IMG/VR virus record: IMGVR_UViG_3300002916_000001
Span: 11,566-75,565 of that record
DNA from: a virus
Length of the DNA stretch: 64,000 nucleotides
Direction: 5' to 3' (one strand)
A program made the position numbers and the translations under genes. Positions 8,186 to 18,555 of this stretch are shown piece by piece. The notes under the pieces were generated by a model. It did no database searches. It saw nothing but the letters and a program-made list of their open reading frames with translations, and had not been told where the DNA came from. Within the stretch, counting starts at the first letter, position 1. Each line of letters begins with the position of its first letter.

Positions 8186-10612
8186 ATGATCGAAGTAAAT
8201 CATCAAGAGTTGGTTTCGCTGAAAGATCGGTATCTTTCCGCTGAAGAGCAAGGATATCCAGAGGCAGAGCAGCAGATCCTGCAAGCGTTGAGGTATCTCG
8301 CCGCATGCTGTGATGGCGCTGGTGACAAGGATCACACTGGCTTCAACAAGATCGATGCCCAGTTCGGAGCCGATCTTGCCAACAAACAGTACCCCCTGAC
8401 ATCGCGGCAGCTCATGGCGGCTCGCAGGATGCTCAACAAATATCAACCCAGACAGCTCACCCCCGCAGGCCTCCTGCTCCCCGATGAGACATCAGTGCAA
8501 ACCCTGGCAAGACGCAAGGAAGAGGCATGGACACGTTCGCAGCAAAGCCGTGAGAACATTGCAGAGATGCGGCAGCCCACGCAATCCCAGGCTCGCGTGA
8601 TAGGCCTGAAAGACGGACTGCTGGGCGTGATGTTCCCCGCTGGTGTCAGTGACTTCCAGGAAAATCTTCGCAAGATCCGTGCCATCAAGGAGGAGGTCGA
8701 AGGCATCCGTGTGATCAACTCCGCGATGGCCCGTGTGCAGTTCGTTGAAGACACGAAAGATGGCAAGGTCTTCAAATACTGGCAGGTTCCATTAGAGTAC
8801 GCAAAGCGTGTCATTGCGGACTTCCCTGACTTCAAGGTAGTCCCCGAAGTCCTTGAAATGATCAATGTAGAGCGACGACGGATCGAGGAAGAGCAGCGCA
8901 TTGCAGAGGAGAAAGCAAGGATTGCCAGGGAGCGCGTTGAGAAGCTACTTGCATGCCTTGGAGATCTGAGTCAGTCCATTGGGGGCCGTGTGCTCTATGA
9001 GCATCAACGAGAGGCAGTGAGGACAATGCTGATGTGGGGCAGTGGTATCGTCGCATTTGATCAAGGTACGGGTAAAACGTTAATGGGTGCACTTATAGGA
9101 CTTGCCTATAAGAAAGCGGAGAATTGCAAGGTCATCATTGCAGGGCCAAAGACAATGAAGGCGTCATGGATTGAAGAGGCGGAACGCGTTGAATGTCCCA
9201 TTGAATATTATTCTCACGACAGCATACCGGAAGATATCCCAGGCAAATACATCCTTATCGTAGATGAATGCGATTCCTATCAGAACATGCGGGCTGCCAG
9301 GACGAAGAAATTCATTGATCTCGCAATGAAGGCCGTGGCAGTCTTCCCCATGAGTGGGACCCCTGCTAGAAATGGGCGTCCTTCAGGGATATATCCCGCC
9401 CTCCTAGCTGTCAAAAACCCACATGTCTATGCAGAGCTTTCTGATGGGTCTCTTGCTCCTGATCAGATCAAAGCCTTAAAGCGCAGATACGAAGGACGAT
9501 ATTGTGCAGCTGGGGCTACTCGCTTTAGTCAGTGGGATACAACGGGTGCGTCGCATCTCGAAGAGTTTCATCGCAAGTTCGTTGGAACTCCACGCGGCAT
9601 TCTGCGAAAACTCATTGACGACTGCATTGACCTCCCTGAGAAGGTCAGGGAATTAATCCCTGTGGATTTGAATGCTGAAGAGATTCGGACATTTGAAGCT
9701 GAGATTGCCCAGATGAGGGAAGATCACGAAAAGCGCGTTGCAGAGAAAATGGAAGCATTCAAGGCTGAGAGGCTTCCCATCCTGATTGAAGAGGAGATTA
9801 GGGCATGGCTACGTCGCAAGTTCGATAAGCAGAGAATTGTCGATCTAGGTGAGATGCTCAAACGCGTTTCAGCTGAGGAGATTGAGAAATTCAAGTCCAG
9901 GACAATAAGAACCCTCCTTGGAGAGGAGCAAGAGAGACTCAGACAAGCCGATGCTTTGGTTGCCATGGGCCAATATCGCCATGCAGGGAGTCGTGCAAAA
10001 TCCAGATCTGCAATCCAGATGATCAGGGGCATCTTTGCAGAGGATAAAGAGGCGTCTTTAGATGCCAGTCAAGAGGGAAGGGAGCACGCACCTGCCGCCG
10101 TGGTAGTCTTCTGCGAATTCAAGGACGTTGCGGCGCAGGTCGCAGAAGCCTTTGATGTTCCTGTGCTGTCAGGGGATACCCCTGATAAAAAACGCAAACC
10201 AATGATCGATGCTTTCCAGAATGGAGAGCGGCGCGTCTTTGTATCGATCTACGGGGCGGGCGGCGTTGGTATTACCTTGACTGCTGCCGCGCATATCATC
10301 CTCATTGGACGCCCTTGGACACCGGGCGCGGCTTTCCAGGCAGAGGCAAGGATTAGAAGGATAGGCCAAACAAGGACATGTCTCTGCCAGTGGTTACAGA
10401 TCCCCGCTCATATCAACCATGTCGATGGTCGAATTGACCAGATCTTGCAGAGCAAGCAGAAGAACATCTCAATGATGCTCGATGGTGCCAAAGAGCACTA
10501 TGATCCCAATGCACTAGCCTTTGATGCCAAAGAGGCCCTTGACCTCTTCTACGAAGCGACGCACTTCAAGGCAGGCCAGGAAGTCGAGGCGGAGGTCGTA
10601 CCTAACATTTAA
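8186..10612 (+). CDS. SNF2-like SF2 helicase
   Basis: DQGTGKT, LIVDECD, MSGTP, GVGITLTAA, QAEARIRRIGQ. Confidence 0.9.
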   Translation: MIEVNHQELVSLKDRYLSAEEQGYPEAEQQILQALRYLAACCDGAGDKDHTGFNKIDAQFGADLANKQYPLTSRQLMAARRMLNKYQPRQLTPAGLLLPDETSVQTLARRKEEAWTRSQQSRENIAEMRQPTQSQARVIGLKDGLLGVMFPAGVSDFQENLRKIRAIKEEVEGIRVINSAMARVQFVEDTKDGKVFKYWQVPLEYAKRVIADFPDFKVVPEVLEMINVERRRIEEEQRIAEEKARIARERVEKLLACLGDLSQSIGGRVLYEHQREAVRTMLMWGSGIVAFDQGTGKTLMGALIGLAYKKAENCKVIIAGPKTMKASWIEEAERVECPIEYYSHDSIPEDIPGKYILIVDECDSYQNMRAARTKKFIDLAMKAVAVFPMSGTPARNGRPSGIYPALLAVKNPHVYAELSDGSLAPDQIKALKRRYEGRYCAAGATRFSQWDTTGASHLEEFHRKFVGTPRGILRKLIDDCIDLPEKVRELIPVDLNAEEIRTFEAEIAQMREDHEKRVAEKMEAFKAERLPILIEEEIRAWLRRKFDKQRIVDLGEMLKRVSAEEIEKFKSRTIRTLLGEEQERLRQADALVAMGQYRHAGSRAKSRSAIQMIRGIFAEDKEASLDASQEGREHAPAAVVVFCEFKDVAAQVAEAFDVPVLSGDTPDKKRKPMIDAFQNGERRVFVSIYGAGGVGITLTAAAHIILIGRPWTPGAAFQAEARIRRIGQTRTCLCQWLQIPAHINHVDGRIDQILQSKQKNISMMLDGAKEHYDPNALAFDAKEALDLFYEATHFKAGQEVEAEVVPNI

Positions 10613-10682
10613 CTTTCATGTATGCACCTCAAATGGTAAGAGGTGCATCCATTTTCATCTATAGATATTTTGAGGTCACCCT

Positions 10683-12335
10683 ATGACCGATGACAATACA
10701 CTCAACCTGGCACGGACCTACATTGCCTCCCTCGCGGAGGGCATTGACCCCGGCGCTCCCCCCGCACTCAATGGCTTCAGTGAGCAAATCACTGTGCTCA
10801 GGGAAGCCTTCGATGACGGTGGCAGTGATGCCATTGCACGTGCCTTTGAGTCTCTCTCTCGACACAACCCCAAGTACGAACTGCTTCGACCGGCCCTGCT
10901 GGCAAAGAAGGCGGGGAAGGCAGCGTATATCTCTGGTGTTATGCAGCCATTGCCAGAGTCTGCACAACTTCCCGCAGGGCTCAGCAAGGGCGCGTGCTTG
11001 TGGCTTGAACGCTATATCAAGTTCTCGAAACGTCTCTCACCCAGTGGCTATGAAGGCTTCCATGAGGCCGTGGGACTCTGGCTACTGTCCACGATTGCAG
11101 CGAGACGCATTGGGTTGCCATTGGGCAGTTCAACACAGTACACGATGTTGTATATCACTCTTTGCGCACGAAGCGGCCTCTTCGCAAAGAGTGAAACAAC
11201 AAGCGTGGGCACAAAGACCTTGAAGCAGGCTGGGATGGGGTACTTGTTGATGGGGAACAATCACACACCGCAAAGCTTTATCCGAACGATGACGGGCGTG
11301 GTGCCTTCGAACTTTGCTAAGCTTGACGGCATCGAGCGTGCCAAGGCAGAGAGAAGCATTGCATTTTCAGGGCAAAGATCATGGTTTCTCGATGAGTTCG
11401 AGCAATTCATTAGTGGCATGAAGAAGAAGAACGGGCATATGCATGAGTACTCTGGGATGATGAGAGAGCTGGACAGAGGAGAGGACGAATACACATTGAC
11501 GACCATTGGACGCGGTGAGGACAAGGTTGACAAGCCATATCTATCCCTGCTTGCCAATGTGACTCCGTCGGATCTCAAGACTGCCGCAAAGAAAGGCAGC
11601 GAAGAGTGGGGGAACGGATTTTGGGCCAGGGTAGCGGTGATCGGTCCCAACGCTGAGGAGCCCCTGCGGAAGGGCAGGATGCCCAATGAGAAATTCCAGG
11701 CCCCCACTGACATCCTTGAACCTCTCATCCGATGGAATGAGCGTCTTCGTATTCCACCGATCCTCATTGAGGATGACCCTGATGAGCCTGGAAAGTTCAA
11801 GGTAGCGCGGGGAGAGTTCCCTGAGAACGAGGTCTATTTCGGTGATGGCGTGGTAGACGCATTCTATGCGTACCGTGATGCACTACTTGATATGATACAC
11901 GGATCTTCAAATACAGACTTAGACGGGAATTATGCCCGCTTCGCTGCCAAGGCACTGCGCATCTCTATGCTGGCAGCAAGCCTTGAGAACAACAATATCA
12001 TCGAGATGCGGCATTGGGCACTAGGGCAGGAGATTGCGGAGCGTTGGCGTGCAAATCTGCACAGCGTGTTCCTTGAAATCAATGAGCCCTCACAGACTGT
12101 CAATGAGGCCATCGAGGAGAGGATCATTGCTGGCGTCAAGAGTTTCACTGAAACGCATGGCAGGCCGCCGACGAAACGTGAGATCTCACAGAGGGCAGGG
12201 CGCGGCGCTGATAGCAAGGAACTCGTCAAGATCATCGCAGGGATGATCGAAGTCGGGGCACTCGAGGAGATCAATGTAGATGGTAGGAAAACGAAGTGGT
12301 ATCGGGTGCCGATTGGTGAGAGTGGGGAGGGATGA
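10683..12335 (+). CDS. DUF3987/YfjI-like replication protein with C-terminal wHTH
   Basis: Degenerate P-loop ARSGLFAKS, WFLDEFE, PYLSLLANVTP, NGFWAR. Confidence 0.65.
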   Translation: MTDDNTLNLARTYIASLAEGIDPGAPPALNGFSEQITVLREAFDDGGSDAIARAFESLSRHNPKYELLRPALLAKKAGKAAYISGVMQPLPESAQLPAGLSKGACLWLERYIKFSKRLSPSGYEGFHEAVGLWLLSTIAARRIGLPLGSSTQYTMLYITLCARSGLFAKSETTSVGTKTLKQAGMGYLLMGNNHTPQSFIRTMTGVVPSNFAKLDGIERAKAERSIAFSGQRSWFLDEFEQFISGMKKKNGHMHEYSGMMRELDRGEDEYTLTTIGRGEDKVDKPYLSLLANVTPSDLKTAAKKGSEEWGNGFWARVAVIGPNAEEPLRKGRMPNEKFQAPTDILEPLIRWNERLRIPPILIEDDPDEPGKFKVARGEFPENEVYFGDGVVDAFYAYRDALLDMIHGSSNTDLDGNYARFAAKALRISMLAASLENNNIIEMRHWALGQEIAERWRANLHSVFLEINEPSQTVNEAIEERIIAGVKSFTETHGRPPTKREISQRAGRGADSKELVKIIAGMIEVGALEEINVDGRKTKWYRVPIGESGEG

Positions 12336-12586
12336 GCAAGCTTAGCCCAACCCCAGATGAGAGAGCCATTTACACGCATATCGGCAGTCGTATCCAAGAA
12401 GAGCGCAAGTCGCTTGGCTTTAGCCAGATGGATCTTGCGCAAGAGGTAGGATTAGCAAGAGTGTCCATCAGCAATATTGAAGTAGGCAGGTATTGTACAT
12501 CAATATCAATGCTTTACAAAATTGCAAGAGCGTTAGGAATATCGGTCATGGCACTGTTGCCAGGAGAGGAGTTCCATCTTGATTAA
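12332..12586 (+). CDS. XRE-family HTH regulator
   Basis: IGSRIQEERKSLGFSQMDLAQEVGLARVSISNIEVG. Confidence 0.9.
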   Translation: MSKLSPTPDERAIYTHIGSRIQEERKSLGFSQMDLAQEVGLARVSISNIEVGRYCTSISMLYKIARALGISVMALLPGEEFHLD

Positions 12587-12722
12587 TCTGTTATGGGCAA
12601 TACCAGCACTTATTATACTGTTTTTCTTGATAGCTATTGCAACGATATACATAAAACATAAGCATACTGAAACACCTGAACTAGATAGAGCACTATTCAG
12701 AAAATGGAGAAGACAGCCATGA
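12579..12722 (+). CDS. 47-aa single-pass membrane protein (not in ORF track)
   Basis: TTG start after AGGAG; MINLLWAIPALIILFFLIAIATIYIKHK...; stop overlaps the ligase ATG. Confidence 0.6.
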   Translation: MINLLWAIPALIILFFLIAIATIYIKHKHTETPELDRALFRKWRRQP

Positions 12723-13441
12723 CAGAAAGCACACGTGAAGATAAGCCACTGAGGGCAAAGGCATATGGGCACATCCCTCACCTGCCAGGAAGTCGCATAG
12801 GACCCGGTGACCATCACTGCCATCCAGGGCAATCGCTGATGTGCACTGTCAAGCGCAAGGAAAAGCACGATGAGGTCATTGTGCAAGAAAAGCTTGACGG
12901 ATCTTGCTGTGCAGTGGCCCTCATTGATGGAGCGCTGATTCCATTGACACGCCCTGGCAACCTTGCTAGTCAATCTCGCTATAGGCAGCACCATCTCTTT
13001 GCCGCGTGGGTTTATTCTCAGCAGGATCGATTTCTGGGGGTTCTGCAAGAGGGTGAAAGGATTGTAGGTGAGTGGCTAGCACAAGCCCATGGTACGCGCT
13101 ACAACCTGCCGCATGATCCCTTTGCAGTCTTCGACATCATGACTCTCCATGAACGCACTGCCTACGATGTGCTCATTGAAAGAGTCAAGGCAGGAGGCTT
13201 TGTCACCCCAAGGCTTATTCATCGGGGAGGTCCGATTAGCATAGAAGCCGTGTTAGCAAGGTTAGAGCCAAGTGGACACGGTGCCCTTGACCTCGTCGAG
13301 GGTGCAGTGTGGCGCGTAGAGCGACGCGATAAAGTGCACTTCCTCGCAAAATACGTGAGACCTGACAAAGTTGACGGTATCTATCTGAGCGAAGATGACC
13401 CTGTATGGAACTGGCAACCGGATTGGAGGACGCAGCCATGA
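12719..13441 (+). CDS. RNA ligase (Rnl2-like nucleotidyltransferase)
   Basis: EKLDGS motif I, GEW, FAVFDI, EGAVWR, AKYV. Confidence 0.8.
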   Translation: MTESTREDKPLRAKAYGHIPHLPGSRIGPGDHHCHPGQSLMCTVKRKEKHDEVIVQEKLDGSCCAVALIDGALIPLTRPGNLASQSRYRQHHLFAAWVYSQQDRFLGVLQEGERIVGEWLAQAHGTRYNLPHDPFAVFDIMTLHERTAYDVLIERVKAGGFVTPRLIHRGGPISIEAVLARLEPSGHGALDLVEGAVWRVERRDKVHFLAKYVRPDKVDGIYLSEDDPVWNWQPDWRTQP

Positions 13442-15096
13442 CTCTTGCACTCTTGGATACCGTGGAACGCTATGCCACTCCTCAGCGCAAAACATCGAAA
13501 GAGCACTGCTCTCCATGTCCCTTCTGTGGCGGCAATGACAGATTTATCATCCTACCTTATGAGTCCTCGCACAAGGGCAAGGACATGCCCCCGCACGCAT
13601 TCTGCAGGCAGTGCCAGTGGTGGGGAACAGCAGAGATGCTGCTTCAGCAAAAAGAACACATCAGCTATGCCGACGCCAAGGCGATCATTGACGGCTCAAA
13701 GACTATCAGTGAGGTATCCACTGGCACTCATCGACCTGCGGGGAGGACAAAGAAGACAACCCCTGCTAGTGTTGAGGGAGCGCCCTGCGTGGAATGGCAA
13801 AGTCTTCTTGCCTTCTGCAAGGTTGCCAAGGCAGCTCTTTGGAGTGAGGCAGGGGCAAAGGCGTTGCAGTGGCTGCGAGGTCGAGGACTTCTCGATGAGC
13901 TCATTGACTCCCATCAGTTTGGGTATAATCCCCGCGATTGGTACATGGAACGCCCCGAAGAGCTAGGCCTCGCACGCGGTGAGAAGCTATGGCTGCCACG
14001 CGGCATTGTCATCCCCTACCTTGGGCAAGATCAACTATGGAAGATCGAGATCCGACGGGCAACCAATCAAAAGAAAGACCGCTATTGGAACGTCAAGGGC
14101 AGCGCCAACACCCTGTACAACTATGCCAGCCTTGAATTTCGCGGCAAGGCAGTAGTGTGCGAGGGTGTCTTCGATGCAGTCATCATGAAGCAAGCAATGC
14201 AAGAGGCAGGGGCATCAGGGACTGCCGTGGTCGCCACGGGGTCAACCAATGGGTCCTATGAAGACCGCTGGATCATGAAGCTCTCACTCTGCGATAGCGT
14301 GGCCTTTGCGTTCGATGCCGACGACGGGGGCAACAAGGCATTTCAGTGGTGGCAGTCAAGGATATCCAATGCAAAGCGATGGGTGCCCAGCAATGGCGAT
14401 GTCAATGAAATGTACGTCCAGGACAAAGCGGGCTTGATCGATGCCATTGCCTGCGGGTTCGTCTTGAGAGACCCATGCAAGGTCTGTGATAAGGCATCGA
14501 CTGCCATGGACATCTATGAGAGGCAGTGGTGTGCAGAGCACTTTCCCAAGCCCGTAGAACGATTTGAGGGGCTAGAGGAGTATTGCTATGAATGCGGTGA
14601 TGACCTTGATAGCTATGATGTCTACGGGCGAGCATGGTGTGCAGTGCATAAGCCTGTAGAAATGCAAGTGACATGGCCAGTGGTAAATGAGCCTGTAGAG
14701 CCAATTCAAGATATCCCTGCACCAGAAAAAGAGGCGGTTGAATGGCCAGTCATTGAGCCAGTCCATGAAGTCATTGCAGAGCCGGTGATAGTCCCTGCCA
14801 AGTCATCGCAGCGCAAGGAGAAGGCAAAGACGGCATCGATGTGCAATACCGATGGGTGCTATGGATTGATCCAATGCCACGACATGGCAGGCGGGCAGTG
14901 GTGCAGTAACTGCCAACTCAGACAGCGCTTCGTAGATGATATGTTTGCCATCGGCTTTCCACGGATCGAATACTCACCGACGCACTTCGTTGAGGCCGGT
15001 GAGAGTCAGTGCACAATCTTTGCAAAGTCGATGAGTATGACAGCGGTGTCATTGGCATGCAGAGAGGTCAACCGTCTTGCCCTTGTTGCTCAATGA
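13438..15096 (+). CDS. DNA primase (Zn-binding + TOPRIM) with C-terminal Zn-ribbon repeats
   Basis: CPFCGG..DRF..CRQC; VVCEGVFDA; FDADDGG. Confidence 0.85.
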   Translation: MTLALLDTVERYATPQRKTSKEHCSPCPFCGGNDRFIILPYESSHKGKDMPPHAFCRQCQWWGTAEMLLQQKEHISYADAKAIIDGSKTISEVSTGTHRPAGRTKKTTPASVEGAPCVEWQSLLAFCKVAKAALWSEAGAKALQWLRGRGLLDELIDSHQFGYNPRDWYMERPEELGLARGEKLWLPRGIVIPYLGQDQLWKIEIRRATNQKKDRYWNVKGSANTLYNYASLEFRGKAVVCEGVFDAVIMKQAMQEAGASGTAVVATGSTNGSYEDRWIMKLSLCDSVAFAFDADDGGNKAFQWWQSRISNAKRWVPSNGDVNEMYVQDKAGLIDAIACGFVLRDPCKVCDKASTAMDIYERQWCAEHFPKPVERFEGLEEYCYECGDDLDSYDVYGRAWCAVHKPVEMQVTWPVVNEPVEPIQDIPAPEKEAVEWPVIEPVHEVIAEPVIVPAKSSQRKEKAKTASMCNTDGCYGLIQCHDMAGGQWCSNCQLRQRFVDDMFAIGFPRIEYSPTHFVEAGESQCTIFAKSMSMTAVSLACREVNRLALVAQ

Positions 15097-15406
15097 GACC
15101 CTGAATGCCCTTGTTGAGGATATCCACTGCTATCTCCATGCATGCTTCGTCACCCATTGATACGCCTTGAGCAGCAGAGCATGCTACAACGAACTTTCTC
15201 CATGTATCCTGTGAGATCATTGCTCGCAATTCAATGTCAGGCGTTGGGTCCTCGACGTATTTCCTTGCAAGTTCGTGGGCTTCCAGGGCAAGTTGCGCTG
15301 CATGCTGTGGATATTGCATGACCCATCCACATAAGAATGCCAATTCTCTAATTGCGGTTTTTGCCGCGTCTTGCTCTCGTTGCCAGCTGCGTTTTTGTAG
15401 ATCCAT
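15068..15406 (-). CDS. hypothetical protein
   Basis: ORF with RBS AAGGTGG. Confidence 0.5.
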   Translation of the reverse strand: MDLQKRSWQREQDAAKTAIRELAFLCGWVMQYPQHAAQLALEAHELARKYVEDPTPDIELRAMISQDTWRKFVVACSAAQGVSMGDEACMEIAVDILNKGIQGLIEQQGQDG

Positions 15407-15524
15407 GTTCCCCACCTTTCTTGTGCACAAAAATATTTCGATATACCTCTACAGTGTACCACAATCCCAAGATCCAATCTTGTGGGCTTCGAAGCTCTTC
15501 CGTGATATTTTGGTGTAAACATGC

Positions 15525-15782
15525 ATGAGAATAGCAATGGAACCATTAAAGGTACTATTCGGCAGGCGTCTTCAGCAAATACGCAGTAAGCAGGGTTGCA
15601 GTCAGGAGAAGCTTGCAGAAGCCATCCATTGCACTCCACAGCATCTCAGTGAAATTGAGCGAGGCATCAGTGGCACGCACTTTGACCGCGTTGATAAGAT
15701 AGCAGAATTTTTGAATGTTCCCGTGGAAGATCTCTTTCGTTTCTCTGAACTTCCCAAAGATCTCATCGAAAATGATCAATAG
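15525..15782 (+). CDS. XRE-family HTH regulator
   Basis: FGRRLQQIRSKQGCSQEKLAEAI..TPQHLSEIERG. Confidence 0.9.
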   Translation: MRIAMEPLKVLFGRRLQQIRSKQGCSQEKLAEAIHCTPQHLSEIERGISGTHFDRVDKIAEFLNVPVEDLFRFSELPKDLIENDQ

Positions 15783-15854
15783 AAAGTTGTCCCTCTATCC
15801 CCCTAGCAATAGGTCGAATATGTTTATATCATAGGTGCCAATTGATGAGCCTCC

Positions 15855-15883
15855 TTGACAGAATTGTCGAAACTTGTTATATT
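15855..15883 (+). promoter_or_regulatory. sigma70-type promoter
   Basis: TTGACA-17-TATATT. Confidence 0.6.
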
Positions 15884-16120
15884 CCAAAGAAGAGGTTTAA
15901 ATGCAAAAACACCAACCTTCGAAATAATGTGAAAAACCTCTTATGCGGGTATTCTAGTGAATACCCATTTTTCTTGGAATCAGAGATTAGTACGATTCCC
16001 GTATCTTTTCAACAGGACCAACGACTGTATTAGTGTAGACCACTGTAGATTGTTCCTTGAGATATAATGGAGTTGACTACTATTTCTGAAGACTAACTAA
16101 CCCAAGAGGAGCGCCACCGA

Positions 16121-16891
16121 ATGCGATTAGCCTATGTTACCTACGGGATGGGTCACGCCCGTCTCGTTGCTTACAAGCCAGAGAAAGAGAAGACCTTTTT
16201 CATTGCCCGCTTTGCCGACTCTACAAACAAAGAATCCACTGCCATCTTCCACGCCTTCGCCCCAATGATTCACCTTGGACCTGCCATGCTTGCCCATGAT
16301 TTTGCGTTGGAAGCATGGGATGGCGAAGTGATCGTCGGGCAGTGCAAGGGTTCGTTCGTGGATGGGTTGCAGTTGACGGAGAAGTCGGGCTATTTCGAGA
16401 AGGTGAATCCCCTGCCATTCGCGGGGGAGGACCATGAGACGATAAAAGCATCGCGATCGGCAGATGGTCCCGGTCTTTCATCGACAGACATCATTGTACT
16501 CTCTCGCAAGTGGGAGAGGACTCACCAGTCCACGATTCACATTGCAGTCGGTGAAAGCAGGATCAAGTGGTGGAACAATCACGGCCTCGTGGAGGCAGAA
16601 GGCGGTGGCGACACACGGATCACCGGGTGGTCATCGTCGCGGCAGAGTACCCTCGTTGATCTCCATTGCGCCCTGGTGGCGGTGCTTTCGGGGCCACGTC
16701 AGGGAGAAGCGGGGTATTTGCTGTGGGGCGATGACGGTGGAATCAGAGTTGGCGGTGGTGAAGGCGGGCGAATAAAGGGCGCAGCGCTGGCTCCATCGCT
16801 GGATAATCTGCCCAAGAGGATGCACGAACCGCTCAAGTTGCCTCCCGTGAGCGTGACGCAAGGCAGTGGGAAGGCGTTGAGTGCACTATAA
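16121..16891 (+). CDS. hypothetical protein
   Basis: RBS GAGGAG; 256-aa ORF. Confidence 0.65.
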   Translation: MRLAYVTYGMGHARLVAYKPEKEKTFFIARFADSTNKESTAIFHAFAPMIHLGPAMLAHDFALEAWDGEVIVGQCKGSFVDGLQLTEKSGYFEKVNPLPFAGEDHETIKASRSADGPGLSSTDIIVLSRKWERTHQSTIHIAVGESRIKWWNNHGLVEAEGGGDTRITGWSSSRQSTLVDLHCALVAVLSGPRQGEAGYLLWGDDGGIRVGGGEGGRIKGAALAPSLDNLPKRMHEPLKLPPVSVTQGSGKALSAL

Positions 16892-16892
16892 T

Positions 16893-16922
16893 GCCCCTGG
16901 AATCAATGGATTCCAGGGGCTT
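16893..16922. terminator. hairpin between convergent genes
   Basis: GCCCCTGGAATC-AATG-GATTCCAGGGGC. Confidence 0.75.
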
Positions 16923-16940
16923 GCTCTTTGAGGATCGGGG

Positions 16941-17483
16941 CTAGACGATGATAGGGCCGTCCTTAAAATAGTCCCAGGCAAAAATGAAATCGCATCCGCA
17001 ATTCTCGGCGGCATCCTTGTCCTCTTGGCGATCACCTATCATAATCGTGTCGTGTCGATCAATTCCAAAGTGATCCATAGCTTCTATAAGCATGCCTGGA
17101 CCTGGCTTCCTACGGTCCCACTCTTTGTAGTACTCGGGCACGGTCAAAGCCTTGATAGTCTTGTCTGAAGCTTTGGCCTTTTCGCCAGTATCCCGATAAC
17201 AGACGAAGAATGCATCGATAGCGAATGTCTCACAAAAGCTATCTAACCAAGCATTCATTTCCGCCATATCCAGAAATCCCCAAGCAGCGCCACCCTGATT
17301 GGTAATAACAGCCATCTTTTTATCTTGCTTATGCAGGTCTTCCAGTCGCTCTTTTCGCCTTAGTGCTAGTGCCCTATCTCCTGCTGTTTGAGGAAAGGTT
17401 TTTCCTAGCACTGGCTTTGTTAATGTATCGTCCAAATCAAAAAGGTAAAGTTGGTACTCCCTGATTTCAATGCTTTGCATCAA
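16941..17483 (-). CDS. HAD-IIIA phosphatase (GmhB/PNKP 3'-phosphatase-like)
   Basis: FDLDDTL, ITNQGG, RKPGPGM, MIGDRQED. Confidence 0.85.
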   Translation of the reverse strand: MMQSIEIREYQLYLFDLDDTLTKPVLGKTFPQTAGDRALALRRKERLEDLHKQDKKMAVITNQGGAAWGFLDMAEMNAWLDSFCETFAIDAFFVCYRDTGEKAKASDKTIKALTVPEYYKEWDRRKPGPGMLIEAMDHFGIDRHDTIMIGDRQEDKDAAENCGCDFIFAWDYFKDGPIIV

Positions 17484-18127
17484 TTTCTCCTTTGCGCCTC
17501 TTCAGCACGCAACTCTAAAATACGTTCTCTCACCAGTTTTAGCCCGCCCTTCACCGTCTTGGAATAAAGCACACCAAGCTCTTCCAGTTCAGGCACACTG
17601 ATCCGGTAGCCAGTCCCATCCTCATGCGGATAGAAACGAACATCATAGCCCCAGACCTTGCCTTCCCTGACAAAGTGCTTTGCCTTGGGTGGTCGTTCGC
17701 AGTTGTTCTTTGTTACCGCTGCAGATCGTTCATTATGGTTGTGGACCTGTCCGTGTTTTTCACGGTATTCCTTGGCTGTCACCTTGCCTTTCTTGGACAT
17801 TTCCTTGTACTGCCCGGACTGGCGGTGATAAGCAACGGCACAAATCTCATCACAGAAATGCTGCTCTGATTTCTGCCACACAGCAGGATTGGAGCGCATG
17901 GTGTCCAGAGGCTTTGAGCAGAACGCGCATAGAACCTGCTTAGGTCGACGTTCGATTGCTTGGATGCGCCGATGCTCGTAGAGGCACACTTTATCGCAGT
18001 ACTTGTATCCCTCCCGTGCTTTCTCCTTGAGTAGCTTTGCACCACATTGTGGGTTCTCGCAGAACTTCACTGCTGTCTCCCTGCTTGCCTTGCGGGGATG
18101 TGGCTTCTTCTTTGGCTTGATGGTCAT
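17480..18127 (-). CDS. Zn-finger protein with HicB-like C-terminus
   Basis: Two CxxC...CxxxC clusters; EDGTGYRISVPEL....SKT...GLKLVRERI. Confidence 0.55.
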   Translation of the reverse strand: MTIKPKKKPHPRKASRETAVKFCENPQCGAKLLKEKAREGYKYCDKVCLYEHRRIQAIERRPKQVLCAFCSKPLDTMRSNPAVWQKSEQHFCDEICAVAYHRQSGQYKEMSKKGKVTAKEYREKHGQVHNHNERSAAVTKNNCERPPKAKHFVREGKVWGYDVRFYPHEDGTGYRISVPELEELGVLYSKTVKGGLKLVRERILELRAEEAQRRN

Positions 18128-18303
18128 TGCAATCTCCTTTCATTGGTACGTCGCAGTATAGCAGGGACTGCAAAGAAAGGCAAGGATAGGCTTTGGCTTT
18201 CAGTGAAAACAACTCTTGACAGTTCTTCCATGGATGGGCTAAGATATAACCATACCAATCGGGCATTTCCGATATATGTAACACAAGAAGGAGAGAGATT
18301 TTA

Positions 18304-18516
18304 ATGGCAAGAATGACTACATTGCAAACCAATTCCGAGCTTCTGACTGTACACGAGATAGCGCAAATTTTACGGTGTGATGATACAACAGTGCGCCGCT
18401 GGGTGAAGCAGGGCACACTCGATGCCATTTCACTGCCCCATCGAGGCATTCGCACAGCTTATCGCATTCGTCGATCCACACTGCAATCGCTGCTTGCCAC
18501 GACTGTGCAAAGGTAG
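18304..18516 (+). CDS. excisionase-family HTH_17 protein
   Basis: LLTVHEIAQILRCDDTTVRRWVKQGTLDA; preceded by a boxed promoter at 18198-18245. Confidence 0.85.
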   Translation: MARMTTLQTNSELLTVHEIAQILRCDDTTVRRWVKQGTLDAISLPHRGIRTAYRIRRSTLQSLLATTVQR

Positions 18517-18555
18517 ACAACGATCTTCCAGGAAAAGGCAGAGCCCCGTCACCGA

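Noticed and set aside
15901-15927. 8-codon uORF (MQKHQPSK) as a leader peptide
   Set aside because: It has an RBS but no attenuator structure; it may be a decayed gene.
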